From a virus (Duplodnaviria > Caudoviricetes): a stretch of DNA of 64,000 bases. Within the stretch, counting starts at the first letter, position 1. Every line of letters starts with the position of its first letter. Below are positions 20,282-26,791 of this stretch, piece by piece. The stretch lies in the IMG/VR virus record IMGVR_UViG_3300032116_022045; one strand, 5' to 3'. The position numbers and the translations under genes were made by a program. The notes below the pieces were generated by a model that was not told where the DNA came from, ran no database searches, and saw only the letters and a list, made by a program, of their open reading frames with translations.

Positions 20282-20294
20282 ATTTATTATTATT

Positions 20295-21389
20295 TTAACT
20301 TGAACAACCAAAACATTCAAATTGACTGTCGGTTGGTTTTTTGGTAACGGTTATTTGTGTTGAAGCTAATTTTGTATTAGTGTCAAGCTTTGATTTTGTT
20401 CTAGTATAATAAACACCAGTTTTTAATCCACCTTTCCAAGCATACATTAATGCACTGGCAATTTTACCATATTTAGCATCAGAATGATAAACATTTAATG
20501 ACTGTGATTGGTCAACATATTTGTTTCTAATTATAGCTAAATCTAATAAAACTCTTTGTGGTATTTCCCATACATCTTTATACCTATACCTAACCTCTTC
20601 AGGTATTTCAGTAATGTTCTGTATACTTCCCTTATTCTTAATAACCTTATCAATCATTTCAACATCCCAAAGATTATTTTCAAGCAATTCATTAACAAGA
20701 TATTTGTTGATAACCAAAAACTCACCTTGACCAACACGCCTTGTAAATAAATTTGATGTTACAGGTTCAAATGATTCAAAAACACCTAATAAAATCGCAC
20801 TGGTAGCTGTAGGCATTAATCCTAATAACAAACTGTTATACAATGGTATTGGTTCTCCATTTGGTTTTGGTGACCATCCTTCAATATATGTTTCACCCTT
20901 TGAATATAAACTACCTTCCCAAGCTGGATAATTAACACCAAGTTCTTCAGCAATTGTCATTGATTCAATAATTGCTGATTTATACATTGTTTCAAATATC
21001 TTATGTGTCCATTCTTTAGCTTCTTCACTTTCAAAAGATATTTTTTTCTTTGCAAAGAAATCAGCTAAACCAGCTACACCAATTGCTAATGCTCTTTGTT
21101 CTAAACCAGCAGATTCGCTCCATTCATCACTCCATTTATTTTTATTTATAACCTCATTTAATCCTCTAACCAATATCTTTGTTGATGTTTCTATTGTATC
21201 AATATCATCATGTTCAGATAAATTAATTGATGCTAATGTGCATTGAGATGTTTTTCTTGGTGAGCTGGCCTGGAAAATTTCTGCACAGTTGTGGATAAGT
21301 ATTCCATTTGCAAAAAAATTATTATTACCATCTATCGTTAAATCATATACTGGTAATGTTGTCTCGATTTTTCTTATTTTAATCCCCAT
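20295..21389 (-). CDS. nrdA: Ribonucleotide reductase class Ia alpha, C-terminal half, fused to split intein C-part
   Basis: Starts with a 34-aa IntC (…VYDLTIDGNNNFFANGILIHN), then CAEI (radical Cys), CTLASINL, GLMPTATS, GLKTGVYY and terminal CFGCSS. Confidence 0.95.
   Translation of the reverse strand: MGIKIRKIETTLPVYDLTIDGNNNFFANGILIHNCAEIFQASSPRKTSQCTLASINLSEHDDIDTIETSTKILVRGLNEVINKNKWSDEWSESAGLEQRALAIGVAGLADFFAKKKISFESEEAKEWTHKIFETMYKSAIIESMTIAEELGVNYPAWEGSLYSKGETYIEGWSPKPNGEPIPLYNSLLLGLMPTATSAILLGVFESFEPVTSNLFTRRVGQGEFLVINKYLVNELLENNLWDVEMIDKVIKNKGSIQNITEIPEEVRYRYKDVWEIPQRVLLDLAIIRNKYVDQSQSLNVYHSDAKYGKIASALMYAWKGGLKTGVYYTRTKSKLDTNTKLASTQITVTKKPTDSQFECFGCSS
21288..21389 (-). mobile_element. 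Split intein C-fragment (34 aa)
   Basis: Block F (VYDLTIDG-NNFFANG) and terminal His-Asn followed by +1 Cys. Confidence 0.95.
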
Positions 21390-21390
21390 A

Positions 21391-22428
21391 TTATTTTATT
21401 ATTTCATTTATGTTTGTTAATACTTTTTTTAGGTATACGTATCTTATTTTATTTTCATTACAATATTTTTTAGCGGCATTAATTTTCATTTCTTCATTTA
21501 ATTTTCCTTTTACACCCCTAATAAACCCTTTAATCTCTAATAATATTTTTTCACCATTATATTCGATTAAAAAATCTGGTAAGTATAACGTACCGTTTTC
21601 CTTTTCAATATAAAAAGGTTCATAACTATATATTATATTATTTAGTTCTAAAAATTCTATTGTTTTAAATTCCCAAGAACTTCTATACCTTATTATACTT
21701 TTATTTAAACAATTCTTTACTTTAATAAAACCAGTTTTAAAGAATTTTGTTGACCCCATATTTTCATTCCTATTCATGCTAATAGTTGATATTATTGACA
21801 TCATTTTTGTGTGTATAGTATTTATATTTTCATCACATATATTAATATCATTAATTTCATTCTTAAAGTTTAAAAATATCGTTTCATTTAAATATTTATT
21901 AGATTTTAAAAAATTTTTAACCTTTTTTATCTTATATTGTTTTGATTTTCTTAAATCTGAAATTGTTAATCCATATAATTTATTTATTTCATCTTCCGTT
22001 TTTAATGTTGTATCTATGTTTTTATTATTTAAAAATTTTATTTTAAAATTAATACTAGAGTTTTGAATTTTTTTTGTTTCTCTAAACGAATCGCCTCTAT
22101 TAATACCCTTCATTTTTATTTTCATCTTTTCAGAATGTTCTGGTCTTAATTTACCTTTACTATGATAACCCTTAAAAAAATTAACGCAGTCATCAGGCCA
22201 TGCAAATCTACCGTTCTTCCATATTTTTAATATGTTGTTATTTGAGTAACAATTCTTAAAATTATCAAATGTTAATACGTTATTTAAATATAAGTTTTTC
22301 AAAGCTTTGTGTTTTTGATATACATCTTTTATTATTTTATCAATATATTTAATTAATTCTGAATCAAATAACGTTATAAAATCTTTGTTATTAATTAATT
22401 CATTTATTTTTGTGTGTTTTTTTATCAT
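21391..22428 (-). CDS. Free-standing homing endonuclease, TnsA-N/PD-(D/E)xK-like, between the nrdA halves
   Basis: C-terminal YRSSWE...YEPF...YLPDFLIE...LLEIKG; NUMOD3-like RPEHSEKMKIKMKG; basic Lys/Asn-rich composition. Confidence 0.8.
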   Translation of the reverse strand: MIKKHTKINELINNKDFITLFDSELIKYIDKIIKDVYQKHKALKNLYLNNVLTFDNFKNCYSNNNILKIWKNGRFAWPDDCVNFFKGYHSKGKLRPEHSEKMKIKMKGINRGDSFRETKKIQNSSINFKIKFLNNKNIDTTLKTEDEINKLYGLTISDLRKSKQYKIKKVKNFLKSNKYLNETIFLNFKNEINDINICDENINTIHTKMMSIISTISMNRNENMGSTKFFKTGFIKVKNCLNKSIIRYRSSWEFKTIEFLELNNIIYSYEPFYIEKENGTLYLPDFLIEYNGEKILLEIKGFIRGVKGKLNEEMKINAAKKYCNENKIRYVYLKKVLTNINEIIK

Positions 22429-22480
22429 ATAAATTGGTCTTTTTAATAAATATTTTAATTTATTAAAAAGACCAATTTAT
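22429..22480. promoter_or_regulatory. Perfect 23-bp inverted repeat abutting the endonuclease ATG and enclosing a late-promoter motif
   Basis: ATAAATTGGTCTTTTTAATAAAT (22429-22451) / 6-nt loop / its reverse complement (22458-22480); ATATTTATT at 22453-22445 on the minus strand. Confidence 0.85.
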
Positions 22481-22487
22481 GTTTAGG

Positions 22488-23969
22488 TTATTGTAATATT
22501 TTTAACATATCGTTTTCAATTAAGTCTTTAGCCATAACATACCCTCTATTAATTGTATATATTTTATGTTCTGGTGTGCATATTAGTTTTTTATTTGTTT
22601 TATCATCTATTATTTCTAAAACTTCTGCATCTTTACTAGTCATAGCTGATGCTAATAGCTGTTTGTATTCTATAATATCGTTTTCAATATTATAAGATTT
22701 AACTAATATATTCTTATTGACTTTAAATAATTCATTTAATGTTTTGATATCAACCTTATGTTCTTCATTATCTAAAATTATGTCTATTATTGAATCTTCA
22801 GATATGCATAGATTACTCATTTTAATTGGACCAATATTTGATTGCATATTTCTTTTGTTAGCGTTGTCTTTATACATAACATAAGGTCTGCCACTCTCAA
22901 CTTGAGATTTAATAATAGAGTCAAATATTTCTTTAGGATTTACTTTCTTACCTATACCTAGATTAACAGCTTTTTCATACTCTTCATTAAATTCAGTACC
23001 ATATAAATCATATAATGGTCTTAATCCAGCTTTTTTAATATCATTAGGACAAAATAAATACCAATCACCACCAGTTTCTAATCTCTCCATAAACAAATCA
23101 TTTATTACAACAGCTGTAAATAAATCACGTGTTCTTAATTGTTCATCCCCAATTGGTAATGTTAATTCTAAGAAATCAATAATATCTTTATGCCAAACAG
23201 ATAAATATAAAGCGCAACTACCAGAACGAGAACCTTGTTTATAAAATCTCATTTTTGATTGTACCATGTCAGCAAATCTAACAATACCACCAGCATTACC
23301 TTGAAAAGATTCTACAACACTTTCTTTGCTTCTTAATGGGTCAACCAATAACCCAATACCAGAACCTTCTTTAGATGCTGCTGATATCATCGTTAATGTG
23401 TTTTCTATTTCTTGAAAGCTATCCCCTTCTAAATGTGTTAAGTTACAAGAAATCATACCACCTCGTTTATCAATACCAGCATTGGTATAAATTGGTGTGG
23501 CAAAATTAATTCTTTTTAAATTAAGCTCATTTATTAAATTATTTCTTAACTCTTCATTATCACCATGTAAATGATTTGCAACCCTTTCATACATACATGA
23601 TGGTAATTCAATAGGGTTTTTATTAGAATCTCTTTTAGAATATTTAGTTAAAAAAGTTGTTGCAGCAAAAAAATCATATGTTAAATCAACTGGTTTTAAT
23701 TCTTTACCAATTAATTTAGATTGTCTACTTAATAAAATCCTACCACCAAGTAATGAATAATCTGGGTGTTGTATTATCTTGTCAGCCGCTTTAAACGCTA
23801 TTATCTCGTCAATCTCAGTTGTTGTTATGTTATCCGTTATCAATGGTATAACCTCTTGAAATAATGAATCAGAATCAATTTTTAATCCATTTGATTGACC
23901 TTTTATTCTACTTAGAATCTTATTTGGCATAAATGCCTGTGTCGTTTTATCTCTCTTTAATATTCTCAT
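22488..23969 (-). CDS. nrdA: Ribonucleotide reductase class Ia alpha, N-terminal half, fused to split intein N-part
   Basis: ATP-cone-like N-terminus, FATPIYTNAG, ISCNL, QGSRSGS, ESGRPY, KMSNL, then intein block A CISEDS and block B CTPEHKIYT. Confidence 0.95.
   Translation of the reverse strand: MRILKRDKTTQAFMPNKILSRIKGQSNGLKIDSDSLFQEVIPLITDNITTTEIDEIIAFKAADKIIQHPDYSLLGGRILLSRQSKLIGKELKPVDLTYDFFAATTFLTKYSKRDSNKNPIELPSCMYERVANHLHGDNEELRNNLINELNLKRINFATPIYTNAGIDKRGGMISCNLTHLEGDSFQEIENTLTMISAASKEGSGIGLLVDPLRSKESVVESFQGNAGGIVRFADMVQSKMRFYKQGSRSGSCALYLSVWHKDIIDFLELTLPIGDEQLRTRDLFTAVVINDLFMERLETGGDWYLFCPNDIKKAGLRPLYDLYGTEFNEEYEKAVNLGIGKKVNPKEIFDSIIKSQVESGRPYVMYKDNANKRNMQSNIGPIKMSNLCISEDSIIDIILDNEEHKVDIKTLNELFKVNKNILVKSYNIENDIIEYKQLLASAMTSKDAEVLEIIDDKTNKKLICTPEHKIYTINRGYVMAKDLIENDMLKILQ
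22491..22808 (-). mobile_element. Split intein N-fragment (106 aa)
   Basis: Begins with Cys (22808-22806); TPEH block B; ends RGYVMAKDLIENDMLKILQ*. Confidence 0.95.
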
Positions 23970-23976
23970 ATAATTA

Positions 23977-24008
23977 CAAATTTACTACTTTTTTTTAAAT
24001 ATAACAAA
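23977..24008 (-). promoter_or_regulatory. Bacteroidota-type sigma-A promoter for nrdA
   Basis: TTTG (24008-24005), 20 nt spacer, TAAATTTG (23984-23977); matches the TTTG-N19-21-TAnnTTTG consensus. Confidence 0.75.
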
Positions 24009-24080
24009 GAAACAAATAACAAATAAAATATAAAAAAAAAATTATTATTTATAAAAAATCAATACTTTTTTTCTTTTAAC

Positions 24081-24089
24081 ATATTTATT
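24081..24089 (+). promoter_or_regulatory. Putative late promoter ATATTTATT for the tail tube
   Basis: Same motif as the minus-strand copies, here on the + strand upstream of the only + gene. Confidence 0.65.
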
Positions 24090-24143
24090 ATTAACAATAA
24101 CAAAAATAAAAAAATAACAATTAACTAAAAAAAATAAATTACT

Positions 24144-24632
24144 ATGGCCGATTTACTCATGAAAATGCCACTACCTTATGAACCTAAAAGAAAAAATAGG
24201 TGGCTTATTACTTTTCCAGCAGATTTAGGTATTCAACAATGGTGGTTGTCTTCAGCTTCAAGACCATCAATAACACAAAATGAAACTGAAATAGCATTTT
24301 TAAATACCTCAACTTGGGTTGTGGGTCGTTTTAATTGGGAAGCTATTGATGTTACTTTCCGTGACCCTATCGGACCTTCAGCTTCTCAAGCTATTATGGA
24401 ATGGGTTCGTTTACACTCAGAATCAATTACTGGTAGACAAGGTTATGCAGTTGGTTATAAAAGACCTGTAGAATTGGAAATGCTTGACCCTACTGGTGTT
24501 GTGGTTGAAAAATGGTTACTTGATGGTACTATGTTAACTAACGTTAATTTTGGTGACCTTTCTTTTGAAGATGATGGTATTGCTGAAATTACAGCAACTT
24601 TAAGATTTGATAGAGCAATACTCCTTTTTTGA
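24144..24632 (+). CDS. Tail tube protein (T4 gp19-like)
   Basis: YEPKRKNRW...ASRPSI...GRFNWEAIDVTFRDPI...EMLDPTGVVVEKWLLDG...FGDLS...ITATLRFD; 162 aa. Confidence 0.9.
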   Translation: MADLLMKMPLPYEPKRKNRWLITFPADLGIQQWWLSSASRPSITQNETEIAFLNTSTWVVGRFNWEAIDVTFRDPIGPSASQAIMEWVRLHSESITGRQGYAVGYKRPVELEMLDPTGVVVEKWLLDGTMLTNVNFGDLSFEDDGIAEITATLRFDRAILLF

Positions 24633-24668
24633 TTTTTTGATTATCAACTACTTACGTATTTTTTTAAT

Positions 24669-24697
24669 AAAAACTCTTTCAAACGAAAGAGTTTTTT
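24669..24697. terminator. Bidirectional intrinsic terminator
   Basis: AAAAACTCTTTC-AAAC-GAAAGAGTTTTT between convergent genes. Confidence 0.85.
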
Positions 24698-24718
24698 TAT
24701 TTTAATATAATTAAGTGT

Positions 24719-24802
24719 ATGTCAGAATCAGAAATTATGTTATCTAGAGGTATAAATAAGATATATGATTGTGGTACTGTTAAATGGGTAATTAATTACT
24801 AA
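24719..24802 (+). pseudogene. Remnant 3' end of a phage homing endonuclease
   Basis: Translates MSESEIMLSRGINKIYDCGTVKWVINY*, matching the C-terminal E-EIM-x2-RG-x2-[RK]IYDCG-x2-KW motif I recall from Hef-like phage endonucleases; no upstream body. Confidence 0.55.
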
Positions 24803-25685
24803 ACGTGTCAAAAATTTTTCTATGGAACTCATCGTAGGTTAAATCTGGTGATATTGTTACAATAGGGTTAATTTTTATTTCTAAATTTATTGGTAGTTCT
24901 TTATTTAATATTTTTGCTGCCATATATCTATGATGACCATCTTCTATATAAAACCCTGGTTTTTTATTTTTAATTTTTAAAAATGAGACATCAATTGGTT
25001 CTGATAAGTTTATTTTTTTAGCCCATTCTTTTGGTGATAAACCGCTTTTTTCTATTTCATATACAACATTTTCCAAATCGGCTAACCATTTTAATTTTAA
25101 TTCTTTTGGTTTTAAGGTTTTAATATCTTCTTCAGAAAAACCATGTGCTAATCTATCTAATAGTTCTATTGATAAACCACCACTTCTAAGTAATTGTTCT
25201 GATGTTTCATATTTTGATAATTCTTTTTTTAAATCATTAATGTATAAATCATTTTTAAATTTAAAAACATCATTATATAATGTGTTTTCAGTTATTAGTT
25301 CGTCAAAAATAACATCCCATTTGGTTAGAGGTATCCACCCATATTTTGTTTTTATTTCTAATTTATTTACTGGGATATTTTCAAATGTTATATATTCATC
25401 ACCTTTATTATTTTTTATTCTGTTAGACAATTCAAAATCATCAGTTAAAATTGTTCTTAATATTACCATTCTATCTTTACCACCTTTAGACATGGCATAA
25501 TATTTTGCATAATCAATATCGTTTGTGAAGCTAATTGAAGGTTTTATTTCACCAACATTATTTGTTTTAATATAACCATCTTTTTTTATATTGTTTGCAG
25601 CACCTTTACTAGTCCCATGATAAAGATAAATCTGTTCATTATTATTGGTAATTTCCCTTAATAGTTTTCTTATTAGTTGTTTCAT
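24792..25685 (-). CDS. ADP-ribosyltransferase-like + ParB/Srx-like fusion with MKxLIxKLLRE leader
   Basis: LYHGT...SISFTNDIDYAKYYA...DEY (ART fold, His-type); C-terminal IEDGHHRYMAAK (ParB/Srx). Confidence 0.7.
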   Translation of the reverse strand: MKQLIRKLLREITNNNEQIYLYHGTSKGAANNIKKDGYIKTNNVGEIKPSISFTNDIDYAKYYAMSKGGKDRMVILRTILTDDFELSNRIKNNKGDEYITFENIPVNKLEIKTKYGWIPLTKWDVIFDELITENTLYNDVFKFKNDLYINDLKKELSKYETSEQLLRSGGLSIELLDRLAHGFSEEDIKTLKPKELKLKWLADLENVVYEIEKSGLSPKEWAKKINLSEPIDVSFLKIKNKKPGFYIEDGHHRYMAAKILNKELPINLEIKINPIVTISPDLTYDEFHRKIFDTFSN

Positions 25686-25700
25686 TTATCTTTTTTTTTA

Positions 25701-26210
25701 TTAAAATAAATCAATATAATATTTTTGGGTGAATTCTTCTATTTTAAATAGGGTTCTGTTCATATCATTTATTATTCTATCTAATTCGTTTTTTGGTATT
25801 TCTTCATTATTTTTTACCATTATTTCTTTATTATAAGATAGGGTTTCATTTAAACCTTTCATCGCAATAATAAAAACTCTAAATGTTAAATCATCCATTT
25901 CTTTTGGTTGCATTGTATGAAATTGATTTTTTATAATAAATTTATGAAACGTATTATCATTTATTTTATGTGGGTAATAAATGATTTCAGATGAGATGTT
26001 TAACTGTGGGAATTTTATTATTTCATCACCCATCATCATTGTTACGTTTTCATTATAAACTACTCTTTGTGCTTCTAATCTTTTTTCGTCTCTAGGGTGT
26101 TTAAATATATTATATTCTTTAAGAAAAGGGATTCTTTTAATTAATATATCTTTAATATTATTGTTTGATTCTAAGTTTTCTCTTAGTAATTTTTTAATTA
26201 ATTTTTTCAT
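25701..26210 (-). CDS. Hypothetical protein with MKKLIKKLLRE leader
   Basis: Start moved to the ATG at 26210, just after the upstream stop. Confidence 0.75.
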   Translation of the reverse strand: MKKLIKKLLRENLESNNNIKDILIKRIPFLKEYNIFKHPRDEKRLEAQRVVYNENVTMMMGDEIIKFPQLNISSEIIYYPHKINDNTFHKFIIKNQFHTMQPKEMDDLTFRVFIIAMKGLNETLSYNKEIMVKNNEEIPKNELDRIINDMNRTLFKIEEFTQKYYIDLF

Positions 26211-26214
26211 GTTA

Positions 26215-26790
26215 TTAATGGTCTCCGACAATAGCGTTAATTGGTTTTTTTAATTCTTCACCATTTATTTTAATTATTTTCACATTAGTACCTTTATTTA
26301 GCGCACATTCCCATTGGTCTTCACCATACCAAATAAATGAATGAAACCCATAAATCCAATCTATATCTTTTGGGTTAATAATAGCTTCTAATATATAAGG
26401 TTCACCCGTTTTCATCATTTTTATATTTGGGTGTCGCTCTCCGTATGCCCCAACGCCATTTTCATCAAATGACCAATGCTTACCTATATCTTTTATATCT
26501 AAATCTTTTATAGAATTTAATTTAATTAATCTATAAATTGTTATTTTATTACTGTTTTTTAATTCATTATATTTATCAACATATAGTTCTATTCTTTCTA
26601 TATAATTATCTCTAGAGTATTCTGCTTGTATATCATTTTTATCTTCTTCATACGCATCAAAAGATTCAGCAACGTCTTCTATATTTTCATAAGCGTATTT
26701 TGTCGCTGTTTCGTAGTTAGATAAAAATGAATCATATTCATTATATTCATTTAAATTTTCTCTTAATATTTTTTTAATTAAATTTTTCAC
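26215..26790 (-). CDS. Putative R-S-E type ADP-ribosyltransferase with MKNLIKKILRE leader
   Basis: GTG start; TIYRLI...IGKHWSFD...YILEAII...EDQWECAL gives the R, S and Q-x-E motifs in the right order. Confidence 0.55.
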   Translation of the reverse strand: MKNLIKKILRENLNEYNEYDSFLSNYETATKYAYENIEDVAESFDAYEEDKNDIQAEYSRDNYIERIELYVDKYNELKNSNKITIYRLIKLNSIKDLDIKDIGKHWSFDENGVGAYGERHPNIKMMKTGEPYILEAIINPKDIDWIYGFHSFIWYGEDQWECALNKGTNVKIIKINGEELKKPINAIVGDH

Positions 26791-26791
26791 G

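Noticed and set aside
18024-20294. CRISPR array or assembly artefact as the explanation of the repeats
   Set aside because: The repeats are about 150 bp, code for protein and separate whole ORFs rather than short spacers. The copies carry distinct, mostly synonymous substitutions, which argues against mis-assembly.
18399-20320. Longer ORF-track starts for the cassette genes (MVFFFLNVF..., MKKTTKFVVFFF..., MNVLVVQ...)
   Set aside because: The extensions translate the poly-T terminator and promoter DNA; the shared ATG after the late motif is the sensible start.
21391-22487. Group I/II intron interrupting nrdA
   Set aside because: Both flanks carry complete intein blocks with their own stop and start codons, and there is almost no non-coding sequence in which an intron core could fold.
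24642-24654. IHF consensus match TATCAACTACTTA after the tube gene
   Set aside because: By composition, a dozen or more such matches are expected by chance in a window this AT-rich, and no integrase or att context is visible.
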